A stretch of DNA of 32,000 nucleotides from Nitrosotalea sinensis (GTDB lineage: Archaea; Thermoproteota; Nitrososphaeria; Nitrososphaerales; Nitrosopumilaceae), in the NCBI RefSeq assembly GCF_900143675.1, contig NZ_FRFC01000003.1, forward strand, positions 576,523 to 608,522. The letters run 5' to 3'. Shown here one piece after another: positions 1-12,548 of this stretch. The notes under the pieces are model-generated. The model was not told where the DNA came from. It worked only from the letters and a program-made list of their open reading frames with translations, and did no database searches. How positions within the stretch are numbered: the stretch's first letter is position 1; each line of letters starts with the position of its first letter. The position numbers and the translations under genes were made by a program.

Positions 1-645
1 TTTGTGGATAAACTCCTGGACTCCTGTGAGATATTCTTTTGTTGCAGGTATGCACCCTGCACCTCCCAGGACTGGCTCTATTATTACACCTGCAAGATCA
101 TCTTTGACTGATTCCAGGATTGATAATGATTTTTCCAAGTTATTGTACGGGATTGAAACTATGTGTGCTTCATCTGTGAGGCCTGCACTCTCTGTTTGAT
201 CAAATGGATAGTTGACTGACTTGAGAAGGTCAGTTGTATAACCATGCCAGCCTCCGTCAATTTTTGCAATTATTTTTCTTCCTGTCTTTGCTCTTGCAAT
301 TCTTGTTGCATACATTGTTGCCTCTGTACCTGTTGAGACGTATCGAATCTTTTCTGCAACAGGGACTGCCTTTTGTATGACTTCTGAAAATTCTATGGTA
401 TTTGCATTTACAGTTCCATGCATCCAACAATTGTTTATCTGTTTTTTGACTTCGCCTGTAATCTTTGGTGCGACATGTCCCAATATGAGACTCCAGTGAC
501 CCATCCAATAATCTGTATACTTGTTACCGTCTACATCGATTAGATACTTGCCTTTTGCAGACTTTGTAACAAACGGATATGGTTCAAAGAATCGAATGTT
601 ATGTGAGACTCCGCTTATGTGGTATTTTTTTGATCTCTCAAACAT
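1..645 (-). CDS. Class-III (PLP-dependent) aminotransferase, glutamate-1-semialdehyde 2,1-aminomutase (HemL)-like; C-terminal part runs off the window start
   Basis: Absent from the ORF track because it has no stop codon in the window. The reverse-strand translation reads [57 protein letters not shown]...[35 protein letters not shown]. This matches HemL/class-III hallmarks (DVDGNxYxDY, SxGTEA, GxxHG). ATG at 645; an in-frame TTG at 696 is an alternative start. Confidence 0.75.
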   Translation of the reverse strand, partial: MFERSKKYHISGVSHNIRFFEPYPFVTKSAKGKYLIDVDGNKYTDYWMGHWSLILGHVAPKITGEVKKQINNCWMHGTVNANTIEFSEVIQKAVPVAEKIRYVSTGTEATMYATRIARAKTGRKIIAKIDGGWHGYTTDLLKSVNYPFDQTESAGLTDEAHIVSIPYNNLEKSLSILESVKDDLAGVIIEPVLGGAGCIPATKEYLTGVQEFIHK

Positions 646-759
646 CTTTGCGGATTTTTTAGTATGCTTCTTGTAGATATCTAAGGAAGACTGCAAGTAG
701 CAATTCTTGGTACTTTGTTTAATATTAGTGATCGGAAAAAAATCGGGTTTTGTGTATGG

Positions 760-767
760 TTTATATT
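760..767 (+). promoter_or_regulatory. Candidate TATA box of the rRNA operon promoter
   Basis: TTTATATT lies in the AT-rich leader about 150 nt upstream of the 16S processing stem. It is the only strong TATA-like element between the aminotransferase start and the 16S gene. Confidence 0.35.
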
Positions 768-908
768 ATTTCCTTTTGATCCCCACTTTGCATACGTAAC
801 AGCAAGGCGGCGCTTGTGATGATGTTTGGTAGTGTACCAGTTTGTGATTCACAGGCCTCCAGTTACGCATACAACATGTGGGTTTGATCAAAAGATCTTA
901 TCCGAAGT

Positions 909-937
909 TTGAAGAAAGTGTGTGCAATCCACCAATT
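909..937 (+). other. 5' arm of the 16S rRNA processing stem (pairs with 2474-2509)
   Basis: ttgaagaaagtgtgtgcaatccaccaatt is near-perfectly complementary to aattgggttgtgtggattgacacacactttcttcaa downstream of the 16S gene. Small bulges fit an archaeal bulge-helix-bulge processing helix. Confidence 0.8.
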
Positions 938-996
938 TCCAATAAATATTACGTCTTACTTCGACGCGTACTGAAATATGTACGAACAAAAACAGA

Positions 997-2465
<1,469 letters not shown>

Positions 2466-2473
2466 TAAAACAT

Positions 2474-2509
2474 AATTGGGTTGTGTGGATTGACACACAC
2501 TTTCTTCAA
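2474..2509 (+). other. 3' arm of the 16S rRNA processing stem
   Basis: Complementary to 909-937 (see that feature). Confidence 0.8.
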
Positions 2510-2582
2510 CAAAAAAAGATGCAACTAGGCAAGAAATTGCTTAGTGAAGGACGTAGCTGGTACCTCTAACCAGGGGCTAGCA

Positions 2583-2630
2583 ATGATCGTCGTGTATAGT
2601 CGTGTAATATTATGACTGAATATGCTGATG
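2583..2630 (+). other. 5' arm of the 23S rRNA processing stem (pairs with 5611-5655)
   Basis: The blocks atgat / tatagtc / ttatgactga / ctgatg are complementary, in reverse order, to catcag / tcagtcataa / gactata / atcat at 5611-5655. The helix is long and imperfect, with bulges. Confidence 0.75.
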
Positions 2631-5610
<2,980 letters not shown>

Positions 5611-5655
5611 CATCAGTCAGTCATAATACATAGAGACTATACGCGACACAATCAT
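5611..5655 (+). other. 3' arm of the 23S rRNA processing stem
   Basis: Complementary to 2583-2630. Confidence 0.75.
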
Positions 5656-5665
5656 ACGTCATTTC

Positions 5666-5671
5666 TTTTTT
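5666..5671 (+). terminator. Oligo-T tract, candidate rRNA operon terminator
   Basis: T6 (in cTTTTTTaaatttt) lies immediately after the 23S processing stem. Archaeal RNA polymerase terminates at oligo-T. Confidence 0.3.
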
Positions 5672-5761
5672 AAATTTTATACACTTTATTTGTAAATCAT
5701 GTTTCTAGTGTAAACTATAGAGCGATCATTTTTATGTCAGATCTGTGTGGTATACTAAGAA

Positions 5762-5911
5762 TTGAGTAGCGTAGAACGAGTTCAGATTCACTGCGATTGT
5801 GGAATCTGTGGACATTTTACAGAAAAAGAATGTGTCCAAAAAGAATGTAAATGCTGCCTTAACTTTCATGTAAGGTCAGGGCCAAAATCAAATCAGCACG
5901 GAAAGAAATAG
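5762..5911 (+). CDS. Possible small Cys-rich protein (49 aa, TTG start)
   Basis: Hand translation: (M)SSVERVQIHCDCGICGHFTEKECVQKECKCCLNFHVRSGPKSNQHGKK, with 8 Cys in 49 residues. An in-frame TAA lies 2 codons upstream, so TTG is the only available start. Below the ORF-track size cut-off. Confidence 0.25.
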   Translation: MSSVERVQIHCDCGICGHFTEKECVQKECKCCLNFHVRSGPKSNQHGKK

Positions 5912-6346
5912 TTTTTTCTTTCTATATTTTGTTTGATATAATTTCTACGAAAGATATTTTATCTTTAAAGTACTTTTTTGCTTGTTGGATGTATCAGACT
6001 CGGGCTGGACATACTATGGAAGACAAAAACATCTTACTACAAAGAGTCATTTTATGCAGCCAAATACGCTGCATACATTGTGTGGGTTGCACAAGTTTAC
6101 TGTACATGACATGAGAAAGATCCAAATAACTACTATACACCATTTGTTCAAAAGTCAATTGTGTAGACGCTGCCTTGATCTACTAAGCCGAATGCCTTCT
6201 AATCTTCAAAAAGCAAACGTGTAATTAATTTTTCATGTCCGGTCTAACCCGTACAATGTATTTTTCTATTTGTTTTATGTATGGATATGGATGATACTGG
6301 GAAATTATACGCAATCTTAATCTATCAATATTTTTTGTTATGACTC

Positions 6347-6541
6347 ATGTCTGCATTTGCAAAAGGAGAACGGGTACGCATTGTGGAATCAAGGAAACGC
6401 AAGTCTGATGTCTATGTTATCAAAGGCATCAAAAAATACAGCAGGGGAGGAACTTTGTATCTTCTCAAACTATTGAGTGTTGATCCTGTTTTGCGCATAT
6501 ATCATGAGACCGACAAGTCTCTCCTTGAAAGAATCTGTTAA
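6347..6541 (+). CDS. Small hypothetical protein (64 aa)
   Basis: ATG ORF with K/R/E/V-rich composition typical of real genes in this genome (MSAFAKGERVRIVESRKRKSDVYVIKGIKKY...). Convergent with the regulator gene. Confidence 0.45.
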   Translation: MSAFAKGERVRIVESRKRKSDVYVIKGIKKYSRGGTLYLLKLLSVDPVLRIYHETDKSLLERIC

Positions 6542-6551
6542 ATTCCGTAGT

Positions 6552-7355
6552 TTAATAGAACTTGGTCTTGCCCTTTACTATTGGTTTTGCAATATTCCAC
6601 AAGTAATTAAAATAATCAAGGCACCACTCGTAGAATTCTTCGTCTTTTCCTACAAATAGTGTGTTCATGTCTGCTTCTCCTTTTTGGTTTGGAAACATAA
6701 TTGCTGCTTGCTTGTCTGCAATGTATAGTGAAATGTTAGAGTCATCATCAAGTATTTTTTGCTCTAAAATTCCTTTTTGAATAAAATTTGTTAATTTCTT
6801 TTGTATGTTCTCTGCAATCTCGTCTGGCATGACTGCGTCAAATTTGAATATTGTAGATATCTTGGTTCCATTTTTTGCCCTGTCAAGCAAAACCTTGCCT
6901 TCATCTTCCCATGCTTGAGAAACTACAAGCTTGATGTGCTCTTTTGCCTCTGATTCCATCTTTTTTAATCTCTGTTGAACATTTGTGACTTTAGATACAA
7001 GATCACAGTTATCAAAGACTCCTAGCCTTTGTTTGAACTTGTTAGGTAAATCACATCTGTGGTCTTCAAAGAACTTGTGATATCTGTTTAGAAATTGATA
7101 GTATCTTATCTGCTCAACAACCAGTTTTCCATACTCTGTAAGGGAAAACAACCCTTCAGAGTCTTTTGCTATGATGCCTGCATCTACAAGTCTTGATGTG
7201 TTTCTGTGCGTCTCTTGTACTGAAAGCCCTAGTGCTTGTGAAATCTTGTTTGTGCGTGTAGGCTTGTCTTTTAGTATCAAAAGTATCTGGCAGCGAGTCT
7301 TACTTGCAAGCTCCAGGAAGAGCTCATCTGGTAAATCAGAATCAGATTTGCCCAT
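6552..7355 (-). CDS. Winged-helix (ArsR-type) transcriptional regulator with a long C-terminal domain (DUF1724/FilR1-like, from memory)
   Basis: The N-terminus LASKTRCQILLILKDKPTRTNKISQALGLSVQETHRNTSRLVDAGIIAKDSEGLFSLTEYG is a classic ArsR-like wHTH. It is followed by about 170 aa, as in archaeal FilR1-type regulators. Confidence 0.85.
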   Translation of the reverse strand: MGKSDSDLPDELFLELASKTRCQILLILKDKPTRTNKISQALGLSVQETHRNTSRLVDAGIIAKDSEGLFSLTEYGKLVVEQIRYYQFLNRYHKFFEDHRCDLPNKFKQRLGVFDNCDLVSKVTNVQQRLKKMESEAKEHIKLVVSQAWEDEGKVLLDRAKNGTKISTIFKFDAVMPDEIAENIQKKLTNFIQKGILEQKILDDDSNISLYIADKQAAIMFPNQKGEADMNTLFVGKDEEFYEWCLDYFNYLWNIAKPIVKGKTKFY

Positions 7356-7430
7356 AGATTCTAGAAAAATATTCTATACTAAAAAGTTCTCGAATCTAAA
7401 TTATTAGACTGTAATAAAACAGGCATATTG

Positions 7431-7446
7431 TAAACAATCTTGTTTA
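7431..7446. promoter_or_regulatory. 16-bp perfect palindrome TAAACAA-TC-TTGTTTA in a divergent promoter region
   Basis: 7-bp arms with a 2-bp spacer, about 50 bp upstream of the pirin start and 75 bp upstream of the regulator start. Candidate operator. Confidence 0.3.
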
Positions 7447-7492
7447 ATATTAAATAATCAAGTTTACGACATGTTAAGTAACTTTTTGGATA

Positions 7493-8245
7493 TTGTATAT
7501 CATGATAAAAATCACAAAAGAAAACCAACATTACAAGGGAGAAAGTGAATGGCTTGAAACGTACCACCACTTTTCCTTTGCTGAATATTTCGATCCAAGT
7601 AAAGTCAACTTTGGACCGTTACGCGTCTTCAATGATGATGTCATTAAACCTGGAACGGGATTTGATTTTCATCAACACCAAGACATGGAGATTGTAACAT
7701 ATGTGATAGATGGAACCCTTGAACATAAGGACAGTCTTGGAAATCATGGGCTGATTCAGCCAGGTGAGATACAGAGAATGTCTGCTGGAACTGGAGTTTT
7801 TCATTCAGAGTTTAATCATTCTGATACCAAACCGCTCAGGCTCTTGCAGATGTGGGTCTTCTCAGATACTAAGGGATTAAAGCCATCATGGGAACAAAAA
7901 CAATACTCAAAAGATGATAGAACAAACAATCTCTTGCAAGTGATTGGACAAAAAGATGCATCTAAACAAGACAGTCTTGGAATACATCAAGATGCTTCAT
8001 TTTATGTATCAAATCTCAGGACTGGTTCTGAGATACAGCACAATATCATAAAGGGAAGAATTGCATACTTGTTTGTAATTGAGGGAAAAGTTTCAGTCAA
8101 TGGAAAAACACTTGATACAAGAGATGCAGCAAAGATTCAAGATGAATCCAAAATCTCAATACAAGGACAGAAAGAAAGTGAAATCATATTGATTGATCTT
8201 CCAGTGCAATTCAAGAAGAACTCCATGCCTGCGGAGGCTGCATGA
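7493..8245 (+). CDS. Pirin-family bicupin (YhhW/quercetinase-like)
   Basis: FHQHQDMEIVTYVIDGTLEHKDSLGNHGLIQPGEIQRMSAGTGVFHSE matches the pirin N-terminal metal-site signature (HxHxxxE...H). TTG start at 7493; ATG alternative at 7502. Confidence 0.9.
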   Translation: MYIMIKITKENQHYKGESEWLETYHHFSFAEYFDPSKVNFGPLRVFNDDVIKPGTGFDFHQHQDMEIVTYVIDGTLEHKDSLGNHGLIQPGEIQRMSAGTGVFHSEFNHSDTKPLRLLQMWVFSDTKGLKPSWEQKQYSKDDRTNNLLQVIGQKDASKQDSLGIHQDASFYVSNLRTGSEIQHNIIKGRIAYLFVIEGKVSVNGKTLDTRDAAKIQDESKISIQGQKESEIILIDLPVQFKKNSMPAEAA

Positions 8246-8874
8246 AGATGACAAAAACATTGATTGTAAAGTACACTCCAAGAAATGAACGCTCAAGCAC
8301 CAAAAAAATGCTTGACGCATTTGTCTCTGGGATAAAAAATTCTGAGATTGAAGAAATTGATCTTACAAAAGATGTTCCAGATTTATTTCTAGAGAAAAAT
8401 CTTGCAGCATACATACATCGAAACTATCTTGGAGAAGAACTTGACGATGAACAAAAGAAAATTCTAAGCAAAATGGATAGGATGACTAAACAACTAAAAT
8501 CTGCGGATGTTGTTGTAGTGGCATATCCTATGAATAATTTTTCAATGCCTGCTCCTGTCAAGGCCTGGTTTGATTCGGTAATGCTCAAAGGGGAGACATG
8601 GGCTGTCAAGGATGGAAAATATCTCGGATTGATGGGGGGAAAAAAGGCTCTTGCACTTGTATCTGCTGGCGGAATGTATGATCAGGGCCCAATGACATCA
8701 TGGGAGCATGCATTGTCTTTGACAAAAGTAGAGTTCCAGTTTATGGGATATTCTGACATTCGTGGAATTTTAGCAGGTGGAATGAATGCAGGGGAAGACA
8801 CAAAAAATACAAACCTGAAACAGTCTATCTCACAGGTAAGACAAATTGCGCAGCAGTGGTACTCTGAAGCATGA
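8242..8874 (+). CDS. Flavodoxin-like-fold NAD(P)H:quinone/azo reductase (AzoR/ACP-phosphodiesterase family)
   Basis: The sequence KTLIVKYTPRNERSSTKKMLDAF...ADVVVVAYPMNNFSMPAPVKAWFDSV...GKKALALVSAGG fits the AzoR family layout. The start overlaps the pirin stop (ATGA at 8242-8245), which implies co-translation. Confidence 0.85.
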   Translation: MKMTKTLIVKYTPRNERSSTKKMLDAFVSGIKNSEIEEIDLTKDVPDLFLEKNLAAYIHRNYLGEELDDEQKKILSKMDRMTKQLKSADVVVVAYPMNNFSMPAPVKAWFDSVMLKGETWAVKDGKYLGLMGGKKALALVSAGGMYDQGPMTSWEHALSLTKVEFQFMGYSDIRGILAGGMNAGEDTKNTNLKQSISQVRQIAQQWYSEA

Positions 8875-8900
8875 TTTGCGCAAACTGGTTACCTAGAACA

Positions 8901-10625
8901 CTAGGTATTGAGTTCAAAATAAAATGTGGAACCACTAGTACCATCACTTTCCACCCAAATTTTGCCACCCATTTTTTCTATGATGCCTTTTGATATGGCA
9001 AGACCCAAGCCTGTACCTCCTGCTTTGCGTCTCTCTGTAGTGTCTATTTGATAGAATTTCTTGAATAATTCCTTTTGATGCTCTTTGGGTATGCCCATTC
9101 CATTGTCTTTAACATAAAAAATGATTTTACTATCTTCTTTTTTGAATCCGACTTCTATTTTTCCATCTTTTTCTCCTGTGAATTTTATGGCATTTGAAAT
9201 CAAATTATCAAATACTTGACGCAATCTAGATTTGTCAGTTTCAATTACAAGTCCACTTGTTGGTACGTTTGTAACAAATTGTTTCCCGTTTTGCTGTAAT
9301 GATTCGGCATAATCTGAATTCATGTTGTTAAATAATTCATCCAATGTTACTTCCTCCGGATAAAATTTCATTTTGTCAAGATCAAGTTTTCTTGCATCCA
9401 TGATGTCACTAATCAAAGTTTCAAGTCTCTTGGTGTTTTTTTCAATTGTCTCTATTGCTTCCATTTGTTCCTTGTTCATGCTTCCCAACAATTGTTTTTT
9501 CAACATCTTACAGTAAACTGCTATTGGAACAAGTGGAGTTTTTAGCTCATGTGTTATCATTGCGGAAAATTCTTCTTTTGCCTTGTCTTTTTCTTGCAGT
9601 TTCTTTGACTTGTCTTCAAGCTCTTGGTTTAACGTTTCAAGATTTCTTCGAAGTACCTTGTCTTTATGTGAGGAGCGGTATATCATGATGCCTGATATGA
9701 CTGAAATTATTATGATTATTGTAAGTATTATTTTCGATGTATACACAACCACATCTGCTTGTTTGTATGCATCATCGTATGGTTGAACCGATACCACTGC
9801 CCAGTTATGATCATACAATGGTATGCTGGAATATGCAACAACATATGATACTCCGTCAACTGATTTTGTAGAAAGACTATTTTTTCCTGCTATTGCTTGG
9901 TTGATCTCATCTGCATATGCTGATTGGAATTTGCCAAAATCACTTGGATCATTTGATGCTATTATGGTTCCATGTTGATCAAATATTGCAATTTTTTCAT
10001 TTCCACCTAAATTTGTCTCATCAAGCTGATGTGATATTATGTTCAAATTCAATACTCCAACCCACATACCTACAAGTGTTCCATTTTCTTTTTGATATAT
10101 TGGCGAGGATATTGCTATTACATTGTGTTTTGTGGTGGCAGATACATATACTTCGCTTACATACACGTCATGATTTTTAATTGAACCCTTGTACCAATCT
10201 CGAAATGCAAAATTCAGTTGTGAATTATTTACTTGGATGGTATACGGTTCTGTTATGTACAAGTCTCCATTTGGCATTGCATAAAAAACATACTCAAAAC
10301 CTTTGAACACGTCCATTACATTTGTTGCAATTATTCTCTTTGGCATGTCCATGTCAGAAGGTATTCCTTTTAGATCTGATGAAATAAAACTTGAATATGG
10401 AGTGCTCTGCATTATTGGGTTTCTGCTTGTGATATTTATTGCACTAATTGCATTACTTAATCTTAAATTAATTCTGTCAGATAATAGTTTGAGCTGATTC
10501 TGTTTTTCTATGCCCTGTTCTCTTGTTACTTCCATTACATGTTGCTGGATAATGAGAGCAAGTGCGACTGATATTACAAGGGTAGAAGAGATTAGAACAA
10601 TTGGAACAAGAGAGGGTTTGTTCAA
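8901..10625 (-). CDS. Sensor histidine kinase: TM, extracellular Cache-like domain, TM, coiled coil, HisKA, HATPase_c
   Basis: The N-terminal TM (PSLVPIVLISSTLVISVALALII) is followed by an outside domain of about 270 aa with the Cache-type motif FAFRDWYKG, then a second TM. H-box: FSAMITHELKTPL. N-box: DNLISNAIKF. G-boxes: VKDNGMGIP and GGTGLGLAISKGIIEKMGG. TTG start preceded by AGGAGA. Confidence 0.92.
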   Translation of the reverse strand: MNKPSLVPIVLISSTLVISVALALIIQQHVMEVTREQGIEKQNQLKLLSDRINLRLSNAISAINITSRNPIMQSTPYSSFISSDLKGIPSDMDMPKRIIATNVMDVFKGFEYVFYAMPNGDLYITEPYTIQVNNSQLNFAFRDWYKGSIKNHDVYVSEVYVSATTKHNVIAISSPIYQKENGTLVGMWVGVLNLNIISHQLDETNLGGNEKIAIFDQHGTIIASNDPSDFGKFQSAYADEINQAIAGKNSLSTKSVDGVSYVVAYSSIPLYDHNWAVVSVQPYDDAYKQADVVVYTSKIILTIIIIISVISGIMIYRSSHKDKVLRRNLETLNQELEDKSKKLQEKDKAKEEFSAMITHELKTPLVPIAVYCKMLKKQLLGSMNKEQMEAIETIEKNTKRLETLISDIMDARKLDLDKMKFYPEEVTLDELFNNMNSDYAESLQQNGKQFVTNVPTSGLVIETDKSRLRQVFDNLISNAIKFTGEKDGKIEVGFKKEDSKIIFYVKDNGMGIPKEHQKELFKKFYQIDTTERRKAGGTGLGLAISKGIIEKMGGKIWVESDGTSGSTFYFELNT

Positions 10626-10653
10626 CTATATCTCCTGATTGTGTAACAGTAAC

Positions 10654-12033
10654 TCATTTCTTACACACCACCTTGCTATCTTTGTCTCCATCGTATAGGC
10701 CCTTTATTGCGTCAATGTCGCAACCTGAAATGTATGGATAATCAGGAAGCATTGGACTCATCAGATCTTCTGTTGCAGTAGAATGTGCAAGACCCAAGGC
10801 ATGTCCAAATTCATGTCTCATTATAGCTTCAAGTCTTTCTGGAGTAAGTTTGTCTGCTTTGTAAATTATTATCTTTGATTTTAAAATCTCATTTCCATCT
10901 GCAAGTGATTTTGTATATCCTGAATATCCGTCAGGACTTACATCATTTGTAAGTATAACTTCGATATCGCCTAGGCTATCTGGAGAACCACTGACATCAA
11001 ACTTTTGGGGAACGTATCTCTGAGTGGGTGGCTTGTATGCATCTTCTGTAGCTCCTTCCCAGCCTACATAATATGTAGAGGCAGTACCTTTTGGACCTTC
11101 ACCTGTTAGCGAATCGTCTATTGAAACAGTTTTTGTAGATAGTATTGCATCTTTTATGGCATCAATCATATTTTGTGGAAGGTTTGCGGTATTTGTGACG
11201 TGCACATGGATGATCCTGCCGTTTTCTATGTTCCATGCTACCCATGTGTTGACAGTGTCTCCTTGCAGGTTTTGAATTACATAGTTTGATGGTGTATTGT
11301 CTTGGTTGGGGACTCTGTATTGCTGACCCATTAGTTCTTCTACATACATGGAATATGTGACAAATCCTATGCTTGCAACAACTGCTGATATGGCTATTAT
11401 AGAGATATTTTTCTTGCCAAGATGAGAGATTTTTTTCTCTTCTGTTATTATCATTCTGTTTAGTATCTTTTTTTCTTGTTCTGCTTCTGTTTTTTGATGA
11501 TCTAGATTTGTCAAGTTGTCTTTGAGCTTGGTTATCTCTGAATTTTCTTCATCAATTTTTTTATTTAGTAAATCATTGATCTTTTCCAGTATCTTTTTTT
11601 CTTGTTGCCATTCTCTTGTCTTGTGATCTGTTTCCGGGTTGTTCGTATTGATTTGATATGATCTTCTGTCAAGCAATGATTCGATTTTTTGTTGCAATTG
11701 TTTTATGCTTGAAACCATCAATTTCATCCTCTCTTCTTGTTCTGAATTTAGAGTACCAAAATGTCCGTCTAGTAACATCTCGCCATAAGCAAGTATTGGT
11801 ACAATTGGTGTTCGTAATTCATGATTTAGTATTGTCATTACTTCTTCTGTTATCTTGACCTTTCCAGATGAAATACCGTCTACAAATTTTGTGGCAAACC
11901 CTTCTATTGCTTCAATATTTTCTATCATGTCAAGAGGGTTGTTACTTTTGGGAGGATTGGTAGATACCTTGTTTAGTATCTTTTGAATCTCTGATATTTT
12001 CAGTAATTCGTCAGCAAGATTATCATCATCCAT
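10654..12033 (-). CDS. Fusion protein: N-terminal HisKA/DHp domain (no ATPase domain), coiled coil, single TM, C-terminal matrixin-type (M10/metzincin) zinc protease domain
   Basis: H-box MTILNHELRTPIVPILAYGEML (His71). Coiled coil at residues 130-205. TM at about residues 209-231 (ISIIAISAVVASIGFVTYSMYV). HEFGHALGLAHSTATEDLMSPM (residues 407-428, nt 10815-10750) is a complete HExxHxxGxxH motif plus Met-turn. No N/G1/G2 ATP-binding boxes anywhere. Confidence 0.85.
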   Translation of the reverse strand: MDDDNLADELLKISEIQKILNKVSTNPPKSNNPLDMIENIEAIEGFATKFVDGISSGKVKITEEVMTILNHELRTPIVPILAYGEMLLDGHFGTLNSEQEERMKLMVSSIKQLQQKIESLLDRRSYQINTNNPETDHKTREWQQEKKILEKINDLLNKKIDEENSEITKLKDNLTNLDHQKTEAEQEKKILNRMIITEEKKISHLGKKNISIIAISAVVASIGFVTYSMYVEELMGQQYRVPNQDNTPSNYVIQNLQGDTVNTWVAWNIENGRIIHVHVTNTANLPQNMIDAIKDAILSTKTVSIDDSLTGEGPKGTASTYYVGWEGATEDAYKPPTQRYVPQKFDVSGSPDSLGDIEVILTNDVSPDGYSGYTKSLADGNEILKSKIIIYKADKLTPERLEAIMRHEFGHALGLAHSTATEDLMSPMLPDYPYISGCDIDAIKGLYDGDKDSKVVCKK

Positions 12034-12041
12034 GTTTACAA

Positions 12042-12404
12042 TTATGGTTTGATATTTCCAAGGTATGTGATGAGCTCGTCAGGATCTATTGGTTTTCTAA
12101 GTACTGAATGAACTCCTTTTTTCTTTAATTCGTTTTTATCGTCGTCAGATACTGAAGATGCTGTTAGTACCACTATGGTGTGCAAATAGATCTTGTTATT
12201 TTTGTGAAGATGATCAATAATATCGCGCCCTGAAAAATCAGGCATCGCAATATCTAGCAAAATGACATCATTTTTGTCACTTTCAATCATTTGTAATCCG
12301 TTTTGGCCATTATTTGCTGTTGATACTTCATGGCCACACAATTTGAAATATTTTGAGAATGCGGTTGTGATATCCTGGTTGTCATCTATTATCAGAATCT
12401 TCAT
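12042..12404 (-). CDS. Stand-alone response regulator receiver (CheY-like REC only)
   Basis: MKILIIDDNQD...VILLDIAMPDFSG...VVLTASS...KKG gives the acidic pocket DD, the phospho-acceptor Asp in LLDIAMP, and conserved T and K. 120 aa with no output domain. The stop lies 8 nt before the next gene. Confidence 0.92.
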   Translation of the reverse strand: MKILIIDDNQDITTAFSKYFKLCGHEVSTANNGQNGLQMIESDKNDVILLDIAMPDFSGRDIIDHLHKNNKIYLHTIVVLTASSVSDDDKNELKKKGVHSVLRKPIDPDELITYLGNIKP

Positions 12405-12537
12405 AGAATATGCAGGATTTTTTTCCTTTTAAGGAGATCGGTCATTCTCAATTTTCCATATTTTATAAGTATTTACAATTTGTTGGAAATTTGGAATGAT
12501 TTTCTAATGTTTGTGAAATTTTTGATACAATGGATCT

Positions 12538-12548
12538 GGGGGGGGGGG
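12538..12548 (+). repeat. G11 homopolymer inside a GC-rich island flanked by TGGATCTG direct repeats
   Basis: The sequence reads tggatctG(11)taaggggagtggatctg. It sits in the divergent intergenic region between the signalling operon and the cupin gene. Confidence 0.9.

Noticed and set aside
2-508. ORFs 2-199 (+) and 257-508 (-)
   Set aside because: They are wrong-frame or wrong-strand reads across the real minus-strand aminotransferase gene. The ORF track misses that gene because it has no stop in the window.
5929-6224. Overlapping + strand ORFs (61 and 80 aa) after the rRNA operon
   Set aside because: They have TTG starts, overlap each other in different frames, and have an odd H/C/T/L-rich composition with no recognisable motif. 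I could not support either as coding. The 80-aa frame remains a weak possibility.
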